Notes: generated by a model not told the origin, from the sequence alone. 35,856 bases of DNA from Bacillota bacterium (GCA_017861355.1 JAGFXQ010000001.1:1-35856), one strand, 5' to 3'; shown: positions 1 through 9,676, numbered from the stretch's first letter. A program made the numbers and translations.

Positions 1-285
1 ACCGGTCTTGGTGCCGATGCCTACAATCAAAGGCGTAATGCCCAGGTATTTGATAATACCGGAGGTTAAGGAATACATCAGCTTCGGTACTACACTTGCT
101 ATTATCACTGTGTTAATCTCTTCTATCCTAATATTTCTCGCTTTTAATAAATCACAAAGTACTAACCCATATTCATCCGAAGTACGGGCAGTATTGGTCG
201 TCAGACGAAAGCTCGCCTTCAGATCATTTTCTTCAAATACACCTAATGTAATATTGGTGTTTCCAACATCTACAACTAATAACAT
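1..285 (-). CDS. coaX: Type III pantothenate kinase, N-terminal part (runs off the window; not in the ORF track)
   Basis: Manual translation [17 protein letters not shown]...RTSDEYG...IIASVVP...IVGIGTKTG shows the DxGNT and SVVP motifs; GGAGGA RBS upstream of ATG at 285. Confidence 0.92.
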   Translation of the reverse strand, partial: MLLVVDVGNTNITLGVFEENDLKASFRLTTNTARTSDEYGLVLCDLLKARNIRIEEINTVIIASVVPKLMYSLTSGIIKYLGITPLIVGIGTKTG

Positions 286-343
286 GATCAATTCCTCCAT
301 CAAGCCATCAAATGGCTTCTATACCAATGTCGCGAAGTGCTAA

Positions 344-685
344 TTACAAAAGATCCGATGCATCCTCTCCAAGAAAGAATACCTTATAGTATAACTCGAC
401 TGCTTCCAGAAGCTCTGTTTTCTCTCTCTGAAGCTGCTTAATCTTTAAGGCACTGCCGATTTCATCGTAGAGATAATCGCTCTCTTCTGAATCGATACGC
501 ATGATAAGCGTACCATCTTCTTCGAATTCAAGTGACAGTATGCCACCGATATCCTCCGTAAATAGTACGCACATAATTTTAAGCTCTTGCTTTATTGATT
601 CCGGTAATGCCTTAAAATCTTCATTCAACCAGAACTTCTTCTCATATGCACTGCTCGCACATAATACAACCTTATCTTGATACAT
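344..685 (-). CDS. Conserved Clostridia hypothetical protein (DUF6145-like)
   Basis: VLCASSAYEKKFWLN...VLFTEDIGG...YDEIGS pattern; start moved to MYQDK, which follows GGAGGA. Confidence 0.7.
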   Translation of the reverse strand: MYQDKVVLCASSAYEKKFWLNEDFKALPESIKQELKIMCVLFTEDIGGILSLEFEEDGTLIMRIDSEESDYLYDEIGSALKIKQLQREKTELLEAVELYYKVFFLGEDASDLL

Positions 686-720
686 ACATTTCCTCCACCA
701 TAAGTCATGAAGCAACAGCG

Positions 721-1014
721 TTAAAGTCCCAATATGATAAAGCCAAGTACGATCACGATGACTCCCAGCATAAGAAAGGTCATCCCTGTCATCCTGCGCT
801 TTACATCCTTCATCTGCTTCAGTCCATTAATAATATTCATTAACCCGCCGGATAGGCATGCGGCCAAGATTGCATAACGATTCTCAGGGTGTTGGAAAAT
901 CAGTATCAGAGAAACAATTAAAACAACTCCCACAATCGTATTAATCAGATCAAGAATATGAATCTGATTATTGCCTTCTGAAAATTCCTTCCATTGTTTC
1001 ATAAATTTATTCAC
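721..1014 (-). CDS. Small hypothetical membrane protein (about 3 TM)
   Basis: 97 aa with three hydrophobic segments; GAGGTG RBS before GTG; 16 bp after the argF stop. Confidence 0.7.
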   Translation of the reverse strand: MNKFMKQWKEFSEGNNQIHILDLINTIVGVVLIVSLILIFQHPENRYAILAACLSGGLMNIINGLKQMKDVKRRMTGMTFLMLGVIVIVLGFIILGL

Positions 1015-1030
1015 GTTATTACACCTCGGT

Positions 1031-1969
1031 TTATATATTTCCTATCGTAGCGACCATTACTGCCTTGATGGTATGCATCCGGTTTTCTGCCTCGTCAAAT
1101 ACGACTTCAGCATGACGTTCAAACAGCTCTTCGGTAACTTCCTTACCTTTGACAGCAGGTAGACAATGAAGAAAAACTGTCTCCTTCTTCTTGGTGAGAG
1201 CAAATAAAGCGTCGTTGACCTGATACGGCTTTAAAATCGCAATACGCTCTGCAGCTTTATCTTCTTCTCCCATGGAACACCATACATCAGTATAGATTGC
1301 ATCGGCTCCCTCAACTGAATTCAGTTCATCGGAGATAACAATCTTACTGCCGGAAGCTTTTGCATAATCTTCACAGATGGATATAAGCTCTTTCTCCGGC
1401 CATAACTCCTTCGGAGCCAGGATCGTAAAGTCAATTCCCATCTTGGAAGAGCCGATCATCAGACTGTTTGCCATATTATTACGACCATCACCTACAAATA
1501 CCAGCTTTAGCCCTTTAAGCTTACCAAACTGCTCCTTCAAAGTCAAGAAGTCCGCAAGAATTTGCGTCGGATGATCCACATCCGTAAGTCCATTCCATAC
1601 CGGTACACCGCTATACTGAGCTAATTTCTCCACTGTCTCCTGCTGAAAGCCACGGAACTCAATTCCGTCAAACATTCTTCCAAGCACACGAGCGGTATCC
1701 TCAATACTTTCCTTATGACCAAGCTGAATATCATTCTTACCCAAATACTCAGGATAACCTCCTTCATCTACACAGCCGACCGTAAATGCACAACGCGTTC
1801 TGGTGGAAGGCTTCTCAAAAATAAGTGCAACATTCTTACCCTTTAGGCTACTACCTGTAATTCCTTTTTTCTTCTTGGCTTTCAGCTCTGCTGCCAAATC
1901 AATAAGATACTCAATTTCCTCCGGTGTAAAGTCCTTCAAGGTTAACAAACTACGTCCTTTTAGATTCAT
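1031..1969 (-). CDS. argF: Ornithine carbamoyltransferase
   Basis: STRTR, HPTQ, DVWCSMG and HCLP motifs; start MNLKG after GGGAGG. Confidence 0.96.
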   Translation of the reverse strand: MNLKGRSLLTLKDFTPEEIEYLIDLAAELKAKKKKGITGSSLKGKNVALIFEKPSTRTRCAFTVGCVDEGGYPEYLGKNDIQLGHKESIEDTARVLGRMFDGIEFRGFQQETVEKLAQYSGVPVWNGLTDVDHPTQILADFLTLKEQFGKLKGLKLVFVGDGRNNMANSLMIGSSKMGIDFTILAPKELWPEKELISICEDYAKASGSKIVISDELNSVEGADAIYTDVWCSMGEEDKAAERIAILKPYQVNDALFALTKKKETVFLHCLPAVKGKEVTEELFERHAEVVFDEAENRMHTIKAVMVATIGNI

Positions 1970-2078
1970 AATATCCTCCCATCTGCTGCCTGTCAGCAGC
2001 AATTAACATAATTTAACCAGCTCAGATTAATTCGTGAGCTGTATAAGATTTGTCTGATCGTGTCTCTAGCATAAATTT

Positions 2079-2141
2079 TATTTATATTTATGCTTTGCAA
2101 ATGTGTATTTATACATTATTCTAATTCCGGACATTTGTCAA
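2079..2141 (-). promoter_or_regulatory. Tandem ArgR (ARG) boxes near a sigma-A -35 upstream of argF
   Basis: Minus strand AATGTATAAATACACATT-tgc-AAAGCATAAATATAAATA (two 18-mers, 3-bp spacer); TTGACA at 2136-2141. Confidence 0.6.
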
Positions 2142-2250
2142 GACTAATTATGTTTTTTCAGTAATGTATCATGAATATTATGCTTACAGCAATTCATATC
2201 AATCTATCCGTATATGAATATCTATGAATAAACGTAACATGAATGGTTAA

Positions 2251-2368
2251 TACAAAAGAAATCATACTTTGCATTATTCTTTTGTCATGTACAACAGAAA
2301 TCATGCTTTGCATTATTCTTTTGTCATGTACAACAGAAATCATGCTTTGCATAATTTCTGTTGTCATG
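2251..2368. repeat. Three tandem 39-40 bp palindromic (REP-like) units
   Basis: Units 2251-2289, 2290-2328 and 2329-2368, each of the form ACAA(A/C)AGAAAT...TTCT(T/G)TTGT. Confidence 0.9.
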
Positions 2369-2371
2369 TAT

Positions 2372-2414
2372 AAAAGCTGTCACAAACGATGTAGCCTTCG
2401 TTCTGTGACAGCTT
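2372..2414 (-). terminator. Probable intrinsic terminator of the LTA synthase gene
   Basis: AAGCTGTCACA...TGTGACAGCTT inverted repeat followed by a short T run on the minus strand. Confidence 0.65.
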
Positions 2415-2447
2415 ATGTTATGAATATAGTAAATACTCTGTTGTTCT

Positions 2448-4307
2448 CTATTGCTGCTCATGAGTAATGAAGTCAGCGATCATATTTTGCTCCAATATCT
2501 CTTTTGAGGTAGTCTTAAGAAGAATTGCCTTATCATATTCTGCCTTATACTTGGATACATCAACCTCTTCATTTGTCCCAATCTTCCAGGCACGGCTTCC
2601 CTCAAAGATTCCCTCTCTGGAGATCTGAAAGATAATATCATTCGTAGCAAAGGAACCTTCAAAAAGGTATGTGGTGAAAGCAACAAAACCCTCGGTTGCA
2701 TTGGCCAAATCCTGACCTACAGTAAAGGTTTGATCCAGCTTTAATCCCATAATATTAGCGATCGTCGGCATAAAATCCACCTGACCTCCGGTGGTTGCAA
2801 TCGTTTTGTTCACTCCGCTTCCGGGAACATTGATAATCAGAGGTACATTCAACATCTCATCATAATCGTAGGTTCTTCCCAAGAATGCGTTCATTTGATC
2901 CATGACTTCATCCATGCCGCAATTTAATCCATGATGGTCTCCATAGAATGCAATTACAGTGTTCTCATACAAACCCGCAGACTTCAGTTCAGAAATCAAC
3001 GCTCCGATAGCTTCATCGGTATAATGAACGGATTCCAGATAATCACCATACTTAGTTTCCTTATCTTCCTCTTTCAGTGTTAAGGTACGATATTGTTCAT
3101 CAATATGAAAAGGATGATGATTCGAGAGGGTGATCGCAAAGGTAAAGAAGGGTGTCGTCTGCTTCTGTAGGATACCAACCAGCTGATGGAACATGGATTT
3201 ATCTGAAATACCCATTCCTATCATCTCATCCTGATTTAAGTCCTCCATACTGTAGAAATCCTGAAAGCCCTGATTGGGATATGCATTCTCCCGGTTCCAG
3301 AATGTCCCCTCGAAGCCATGAATTGCAAAAGCATAATAACCCTGCTCCCGCATGAGCCAAGGCAAACCATGGAAGGTGTTATCCTGAAATAGCCGATAAC
3401 TCTCACCATCGTCAACCGGATATAGGCTGTTCATGCTGGAGAATTCCGCATCAGCCGTATTTCCCTTGCCTGTATTGGTATAATAATGATTAAAATATAA
3501 GGTGTCTCCCTCAATTAATCGGTTTAAGTTCGGTGTAATTTCCTGTCCATTGTATTCCGCTCCGATCACAAAATCCTGAACCGCCTCTAATTGAACTACT
3601 AAGACATTCTTACCTTTACCGATCCCTTGATATTGAGGCACTGCAGTCTGCACGGTGGCTTCCGGTGTTACCTCATCCAACACTTCCAGTATTTCATCTT
3701 CCTTCATCTGCTCCTGGTCTAAGTTCTCTGAGATCGTCTCATAGATATCCGTTACATGGCTTGTGAAAAACTCCATGCTGTTCACACGTTCAATTGCAGC
3801 GGAATGAAACGGATTCACCATAAGTGTGAGAATGATAGCCGTCAGTAAGTATAGAACATACTTTAGCTTTCTCCAAGGATATATTTTTTTTAGAATTTCC
3901 TTTGATGTATACTTTCGAAAGCTGTAATAAGCAAATGGAATATCCAAAAACAACAGAAAGCTTGCCGGTATCATCGTTGCCAGAAAGCTCTGCGGTACTG
4001 CAGTTACACTCTTGGCTTGCCATAGCTGGCGGATGGATACGGTTTGGTTGTAATAATTATAATACATGGTGTCTGCAAACATCAGTAAACTAAGCAGAAA
4101 ATACACGGTTAAGAAAATTCCCCTTTTCCCTTTTATACCACTTCTGCCAAAACACGTAAAAATAGCAGCCCATACAATCAAGCTTAGTACGATCATTACT
4201 ATCTCCATACGGTTTACATTAATCAGAGAATAGTATACCGCCATCTTGAACACGAATAGAAAGGTAATGAAGTATGGTGATGCGATGATACTCTTTAACT
4301 TTTTCAT
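2448..4307 (-). CDS. ltaS: LTA synthase family protein (phosphoglycerol transferase/sulfatase fold)
   Basis: About five N-terminal TM helices; VVQLEA, GKGNTADAEF (catalytic Thr), LSNHHPF and YGDHHG motifs. Confidence 0.88.
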   Translation of the reverse strand: MKKLKSIIASPYFITFLFVFKMAVYYSLINVNRMEIVMIVLSLIVWAAIFTCFGRSGIKGKRGIFLTVYFLLSLLMFADTMYYNYYNQTVSIRQLWQAKSVTAVPQSFLATMIPASFLLFLDIPFAYYSFRKYTSKEILKKIYPWRKLKYVLYLLTAIILTLMVNPFHSAAIERVNSMEFFTSHVTDIYETISENLDQEQMKEDEILEVLDEVTPEATVQTAVPQYQGIGKGKNVLVVQLEAVQDFVIGAEYNGQEITPNLNRLIEGDTLYFNHYYTNTGKGNTADAEFSSMNSLYPVDDGESYRLFQDNTFHGLPWLMREQGYYAFAIHGFEGTFWNRENAYPNQGFQDFYSMEDLNQDEMIGMGISDKSMFHQLVGILQKQTTPFFTFAITLSNHHPFHIDEQYRTLTLKEEDKETKYGDYLESVHYTDEAIGALISELKSAGLYENTVIAFYGDHHGLNCGMDEVMDQMNAFLGRTYDYDEMLNVPLIINVPGSGVNKTIATTGGQVDFMPTIANIMGLKLDQTFTVGQDLANATEGFVAFTTYLFEGSFATNDIIFQISREGIFEGSRAWKIGTNEEVDVSKYKAEYDKAILLKTTSKEILEQNMIADFITHEQQ

Positions 4308-4424
4308 AAAGCCTCCATAAACTATAATAGCGCTTAATTAGCTAAAAACCGAATGCAACTGGCTATTATCAACTAAATCACGAATATAATATCTCATTAA
4401 ACCAATATTATCAAGCAGTAAAAT

Positions 4425-4441
4425 CTTAATTTTTTCTTAAT
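4425..4441 (-). promoter_or_regulatory. Putative OmpR/PhoB-family response-regulator box
   Basis: ATTAAG-N5-ATTAAG direct repeat (11-bp period) upstream of ltaS. Confidence 0.4.
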
Positions 4442-4523
4442 CTCCGCCTGTTTTTTTGTGCAGTAATACCAATTCCCTAACAAAAAGCGATAAATACTTG
4501 TTTTTCTACATGACAGAACGGAG

Positions 4524-4572
4524 AATGCTACCCACACAAGCCTTCGAAACAAGGTAATGCGTAGGTAGCATT
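4524..4572 (-). terminator. Hairpin/terminator downstream of the NfeD gene
   Basis: Minus-strand 15-bp stem AATGCTACCTACGCA/TGTGTGGGTAGCATT with two G-U pairs; weak U tail. Confidence 0.55.
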
Positions 4573-4595
4573 TTCAACCTCTATATGAGAATATA

Positions 4596-5039
4596 TCATT
4601 TATTTTCTTCCTTTTCTATATTAACAATCAATCGATTTCCTGAGATACCGTGTATTTTAACCTTGTGCCCTTTTTCTATTATGATATTATTCAGCGCTTT
4701 TGCTGGCCACTCCGTTCCATCAACTACAACCAGTCCAGCTCCTCTCACATTATCTATCGTATTGGCAACCATGGCCGTCTTCCCCACGATGCCTTCATGA
4801 TTTATCTTAACCTTCTTAGGGTTAAAGTACTTTAGCACCAGTGGTCTTGTAAAATATAATAAAAGTAAGGATATGACTAAAAATAATATCAATTCTATCA
4901 GTAGGTTATCATAGAATAAGGAAATAATAAATGCGATCAGTGCACCGCCCGCAAACCAGATTGTTGTAAGACCAAGGGTGATGATTTCGATAAAAATTAA
5001 AATTGCGAGAATAAGCAGCCAAAGAATCGAATTCGTCAA
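4596..5039 (-). CDS. NfeD family protein (short form: TM helices plus OB fold)
   Basis: WLILAILIFIEIITLGLTTIWFAGG...IVGKTAMV...GLVVVDGTEWPAKA...GHKVKIHGISGNRLIV; TTG start with GGGGG RBS. Confidence 0.9.
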   Translation of the reverse strand: MTNSILWLLILAILIFIEIITLGLTTIWFAGGALIAFIISLFYDNLLIELILFLVISLLLLYFTRPLVLKYFNPKKVKINHEGIVGKTAMVANTIDNVRGAGLVVVDGTEWPAKALNNIIIEKGHKVKIHGISGNRLIVNIEKEENK

Positions 5040-5176
5040 CTTTATTCCCCCTTTCCTTATCTGTTTCCTATATTTTACCCTTTTCCAGAGCTTTCCACAA
5101 TAGAACAGGTTGTTTTCTAATTATAATTTAATCTTTGCCGGATATCGGAAAGTCATACCGGGCCGTATAAATATAT

Positions 5177-5235
5177 TAGCTCTGTCTCGATCAATTGCTG
5201 AATTCTCATTACAACAATCAATCAAAACAGAGCCA
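5177..5235 (-). terminator. Long RNA hairpin after the DUF4956 gene (terminator or processing site)
   Basis: 24-bp stem fully paired on the minus strand, including 6 G-U pairs; no strong U tract. Confidence 0.55.
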
Positions 5236-5296
5236 GTTTATGTAATCACATCTATTCAAATACAAACTATTCCACTAAAGTTAACCATTCTCTTAG

Positions 5297-6010
5297 TTAC
5301 AGCTGCTGCTCCTTGCCTTCCTTAATTATAAGCAGAATACTTAGATTACCGTTCCGGCACCGCAGTGCATCAATGAACTCCTTCTCATTTGCATCCGCCT
5401 TAGGTATGACATCATAGCTGAGCTCAAATAATGTTCCCATATTCGTGGTCTTTACCTTCATAAGTTTTGCATAGCTTGTATACTTAGCAAATATCTCATC
5501 AAATACACCTTGATAATTCATGTCCTCCGGTATGATAATCCGCAGTCTCTTCTCCTCCTGCTTCGGGATACCAAGTCCCAGCTTACTCACAAGAACAATT
5601 ACTCCACCTATGACAACCGTCACAACAGCGCCTAAGGATAGATAACCCAACCCTAACGCCAATCCTGTTGCCATGGTCAGGAATATGAAAGAGATATCCT
5701 TCGAATCACCGGGAACACTACGGAATCTTACAATAGTAAATATTCCTGCCATAGAAAAGGCTCTTGCGAGATTACCTCCAATCAGGATGATCACAACCGC
5801 AACAATTGTCGGTAAAATAATCAAGCTTAAGATAAAGCTAGCTGAGCGCTCCTTCTTCGGTGTAGTAACGAAGTATGCTCCACAAATAACAACCCCCAGC
5901 AATAATGCAACTGCGATACACAGTAATACCGAACTGATGCTGATGGATAGATTTGAAGTCGCAGATAACTCCTTAAATACTGTATCAAACATTGTAACCG
6001 AACCAGACAT
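5297..6010 (-). CDS. DUF4956 domain membrane protein
   Basis: AFSMAGIFTIVRFRSVPG, MATGLALGLG, VKTTNMGTLFEL and FIDALRCRNGNL motifs; GGGGGAAAGG upstream of MSGS start. Confidence 0.85.
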   Translation of the reverse strand: MSGSVTMFDTVFKELSATSNLSISISSVLLCIAVALLLGVVICGAYFVTTPKKERSASFILSLIILPTIVAVVIILIGGNLARAFSMAGIFTIVRFRSVPGDSKDISFIFLTMATGLALGLGYLSLGAVVTVVIGGVIVLVSKLGLGIPKQEEKRLRIIIPEDMNYQGVFDEIFAKYTSYAKLMKVKTTNMGTLFELSYDVIPKADANEKEFIDALRCRNGNLSILLIIKEGKEQQL

Positions 6011-6021
6011 AACCTTTCCCC

Positions 6022-6783
6022 CTAAACACATAGCTTAATTTCGTTTCCTGTTCTTGTAGGATATACTTCCCCACGCTCCAAAGCCCTTCGATATTCCGTC
6101 CCATACTTAGAGAAGGTTGTCGGATAGATTTGATAACTTGACAAAAGCTTTGCAAACCAGAGAGGAGCCGCATTGTTCATCTTCACTTCCATAACCCATT
6201 CTCCTGCAGGTAGCAAGAGTTCACCATAGTTCCCAAGTTCAAGCCCAACATTCTTGCGTCTCGTTCTGATATTGGTGTCGAAGGTGATACGAAAATTCGG
6301 ATTCTCAATCCCGAACATTGCATTTCTATCATAGGATATGAAAAGCTTTGGTTCCAGATCCGGATACCTGATTAAGAAGTAATCAATTTCATTCAGTATC
6401 TGCTCACCAAAAGGTCTCTTCGCTACCGGGCGGGATTGCCCTGCTATGTAATTATAGGCTTCCTCAAGATACATGGAGGTTCGCCTCTTATTCACCTGAC
6501 CATTACACTTTTTCTTAATCTCAAGATATACCCGGTCTTTTTGTCCAACAGTGCCATAGCTTCTTAGCCGTAGTTTTTCTTTATAGATCGGGTTCTCGAT
6601 CGATTTCTGAATAAGCACATGATCCGGTGTATCATAATATACATTACAAATCGTATAAAAATCGCCATTTCGACTATAGGCATCCAACTCCATGTATTCT
6701 CCCAGTTGTTGCTTGATTGCCCTATAGACTTCATCCGTGATAATGAACTTTTTCTCGGTACGATTAAAAACCTCAATAGGCAT
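6022..6783 (-). CDS. Polyphosphate polymerase (VTC/CYTH-like) domain protein
   Basis: FNRTEKKF, YYDT, KEKLRLRSYG, LEIKKK, RITFD, MEVK and FSKYG motifs; AAGGAG RBS before MPIEV. Confidence 0.88.
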   Translation of the reverse strand: MPIEVFNRTEKKFIITDEVYRAIKQQLGEYMELDAYSRNGDFYTICNVYYDTPDHVLIQKSIENPIYKEKLRLRSYGTVGQKDRVYLEIKKKCNGQVNKRRTSMYLEEAYNYIAGQSRPVAKRPFGEQILNEIDYFLIRYPDLEPKLFISYDRNAMFGIENPNFRITFDTNIRTRRKNVGLELGNYGELLLPAGEWVMEVKMNNAAPLWFAKLLSSYQIYPTTFSKYGTEYRRALERGEVYPTRTGNEIKLCV

Positions 6784-6937
6784 GATGAGCTTCTCCTTCA
6801 TAATATTGCCCCGGAATCGTCGTCACACTAAGGTCTGAACATATACCGGATTACAAAAATTACAAATAATTCTATTCTTCTTTTAACCGAAAAACAAGTC
6901 CATTTTTTGACATTTTCTTATCAAATATTGCTATAAT

Positions 6938-7744
6938 TTAAGATTCACTTCTCCTTTGTCTTGCAGCCTCATACATAAGAATTGCTGCCGCTACCGCGGC
7001 ATTCAAGGATTCCACCTTACCCTCCATAGGTATTTTAATTCGAGTATCCGCAAGGTCCGAGGCATGGTCAGATAATCCGTTGGCTTCATTTCCAATTAAA
7101 AAAGCACATCTCTTACGAAAACTTCCCTCGGTATCATAAGGAATTCCCTGAAGATGTGCTGCATATATTTCTATTCCCTGTTCCTTAATCTGTGCTAAGG
7201 TCTCATAAAAATCCTTCGCCTGATAAAAGGGGACACGGTAAATCGAACCCATAGTAGCTCGAATTACCTTGGGGTTATACACATCCACAGAAGAATCACT
7301 GAGTATTATTCCCGTGACACCGGCTCCTTCCGCCGTTCGTATCATAGTTCCCAGGTTACCCGGGTCCCTGATATCCTCCAATAGAAGAAGACAAGCTCTA
7401 GGGTCCTTGAGCATACGGTCAAGATGATATTCCGCCATCTTTACAGTACCCATGATGCCTTGAGGAGTCTTCGTCTCGGAAGTCTCTTTAAATACGGAGT
7501 CCGTTAATATCTCATAATCCAAATCATCAAAATAATCCGGCTCTTCCACTACTTTCTCATGGTAAAAGCTCTCCGAAGCATACGCTTTTTTCAGAAGCCC
7601 GGCTTCTTTTGCTTCTTCAAACATTTTGATGCCTTCTATTACAAAAGTGCCTTGTTCTTCCCTTTCCCTTGCTTTCTTCAAAAGTAAGGTCAGGTTCTTC
7701 ACTTGGGCATTACTCATACTGCTGATGATCGCCTTCTGTTTCAT
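6938..7744 (-). CDS. TrmH/SpoU family RNA methyltransferase
   Basis: DPGNLGTMIRTA, IGNEANGLS and IPMEGKVESLNAAVA motifs. Confidence 0.93.
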   Translation of the reverse strand: MKQKAIISSMSNAQVKNLTLLLKKAREREEQGTFVIEGIKMFEEAKEAGLLKKAYASESFYHEKVVEEPDYFDDLDYEILTDSVFKETSETKTPQGIMGTVKMAEYHLDRMLKDPRACLLLLEDIRDPGNLGTMIRTAEGAGVTGIILSDSSVDVYNPKVIRATMGSIYRVPFYQAKDFYETLAQIKEQGIEIYAAHLQGIPYDTEGSFRKRCAFLIGNEANGLSDHASDLADTRIKIPMEGKVESLNAAVAAAILMYEAARQRRSES

Positions 7745-7749
7745 ATGCT

Positions 7750-8823
7750 TTAAGCCTCTTGAAGATTACTTAATTTTGCTGCTTGATCTGCTGCAGTTAA
7801 GTTATCAATCACAAAGTCCAGATCTCCATCCATAACCTTATCAATCTGGTACATCGTTAAGTTAATTCTATGATCTGTAACACGTCCCTGAGGGAAGTTA
7901 TAGGTTCTGATCTTCTCGGAACGATCTCCGGTACCAACCTGGCTTTTTCTTGCTTCCGCCTCCGCATTGCGGGATTTCTCCAATTCCAAATCATACAGCT
8001 TGGCACGAAGGACACGAATTGCCTTATCCTTATTCTTCAGCTGTGATTTCTCATCCTGACAGGAGATGACGATACCCGTAGGAATATGAGTCAAACGTAC
8101 TGCAGAGTCTGTTGTATTTACACACTGTCCACCGTTACCGGAGGATCGGAATACATCGAACTTACAATCATTCATATCCAGTTCCACATCCACTTCTTCT
8201 GCCTCCGGCATAATTGCTACCGTAGCGGTTGAGGTATGAATACGCCCGCCGGATTCTGTAACCGGAACTCGCTGTACGCGGTGTACACCACTCTCGTATT
8301 TCAACTTTGAATAGGCGCCTTTTCCGTTAATCATAAAGATAACTTCCTTACAACCACCGATTCCGTTCTCATTGATATTCATAACATCAATCTTCCAACG
8401 ATAACGTTCTGCATACATAACATACATACGATACAGCTCAGCAGCAAATAAAGCTGCTTCATCGCCACCAGCACCACCACGGATTTCTACGATTACATTC
8501 TTCTCATCGTTGGGATCCTTCGGAAGCAATAGAATCTTAAGCTCCTCTTCAAGCTTTGGTATACGCTGTTTACTTTCATTCAATTCTTCCTTGGCAAGCT
8601 CACGAAGCTCTTCATCGCTTTCCTCATCCAACAAGGTCAGACTATCCTCAATGCTTTTCTGATTCGCCTTATATTCTTTATATTTCTCAACAATCTCACC
8701 CAGGTCAGCATGCTCCTTACGAAGCTTCTTATAATTATTCTGATCATTCAGAACATCGGGGCTCATCATCTCATCTTCAATTTCCTGAAAACGAACCAGA
8801 AGGTCCTCTAACTTATCAAACAT
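7750..8823 (-). CDS. prfA: Peptide chain release factor 1
   Basis: [20 protein letters not shown] (PxT motif) and GGQ motif. Confidence 0.98.
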   Translation of the reverse strand: MFDKLEDLLVRFQEIEDEMMSPDVLNDQNNYKKLRKEHADLGEIVEKYKEYKANQKSIEDSLTLLDEESDEELRELAKEELNESKQRIPKLEEELKILLLPKDPNDEKNVIVEIRGGAGGDEAALFAAELYRMYVMYAERYRWKIDVMNINENGIGGCKEVIFMINGKGAYSKLKYESGVHRVQRVPVTESGGRIHTSTATVAIMPEAEEVDVELDMNDCKFDVFRSSGNGGQCVNTTDSAVRLTHIPTGIVISCQDEKSQLKNKDKAIRVLRAKLYDLELEKSRNAEAEARKSQVGTGDRSEKIRTYNFPQGRVTDHRINLTMYQIDKVMDGDLDFVIDNLTAADQAAKLSNLQEA

Positions 8824-8845
8824 ATCTATATTTCCTCCAAACTAA

Positions 8846-9676
8846 TTATGATCTTCTTGCTGACACTACACGATCCAGTCCGCTAAGATCCTTTTTTATC
8901 GTTACATCCGTAAAGCCTTCTGTCTCAAGTATCCGTTTCACTGCTTCACCTTGATTATGTCCTATTTCATAAAAAATCAAACCACCTTGTTTCAAGTGGT
9001 TCTTACTCCTCTTACTAATCCTTCTGTAAAAAGCCAACCCATCTTCACTTCCGTCCAGTGCTAACATCGGTTCAAAATCCTTAACCTCCGGCATCAATTC
9101 AGGAATATCGCCGGAAGGAATGTAGGGAGGGTTGGATACCAGAATATCAAAGCTCCCCTCAACCTCTGAAAAAAGATCGCTTTGAATTAATTTAACCTGC
9201 GCCTTGTGCTTATCAACATTCTTCGCAGCAACAGTAAGCGCTTTCTCCGAGAGATCCACACCAACTGCTTCGGTTAAATTACCGAGTAAGGCAAGGCTGA
9301 TTATGATACAGCCGGAACCGGTACACATATCTAATACCGACTTTTGCTCACATATCTTCAAAACCTCGCTGACCAGTATCTCGGTATCTTGTCTTGGAAC
9401 CAGAACATCCTCATTCACATAGAACTCCAGACCCATGAACTCCTGACTTCCGGTTATATGCTGCAAGGGTACATGATTACTACGACGCTTGATCAGCTCC
9501 ATATAAAGATTGCTCTTCCCTTCGTCTGCCTGCATATCACCCTTCAGTAATAAGTCCGTCCGAGTTAGCCCAAAGACATGGGTAAGCAGATACCATGCAT
9601 CCACATTGGCATCTGCTATCCCTTGTTGTTTCAGTAATTCACGTCCGGTCTGTAGTAACTGTTTCAAAGTACTCAT
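8846..9676 (-). CDS. prmC: Release factor glutamine N5-methyltransferase
   Basis: VLVPRQDTE, DMCTGSGCI and SNPPY motifs; directly upstream of prfA. Confidence 0.96.
   Translation of the reverse strand: MSTLKQLLQTGRELLKQQGIADANVDAWYLLTHVFGLTRTDLLLKGDMQADEGKSNLYMELIKRRSNHVPLQHITGSQEFMGLEFYVNEDVLVPRQDTEILVSEVLKICEQKSVLDMCTGSGCIIISLALLGNLTEAVGVDLSEKALTVAAKNVDKHKAQVKLIQSDLFSEVEGSFDILVSNPPYIPSGDIPELMPEVKDFEPMLALDGSEDGLAFYRRISKRSKNHLKQGGLIFYEIGHNQGEAVKRILETEGFTDVTIKKDLSGLDRVVSARRS

Noticed and set aside
8-343. 111-aa plus-strand ORF
   Set aside because: Antisense shadow of coaX
2251-2368. CRISPR array interpretation of the 39-bp repeats
   Set aside because: Units are contiguous with no unique spacers, and there are no cas genes in the window
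2243-2467. 74-aa plus-strand ORF with repeated EIMLCIILLSCTT
   Set aside because: Translation of the non-coding hairpin repeat and terminator; no RBS
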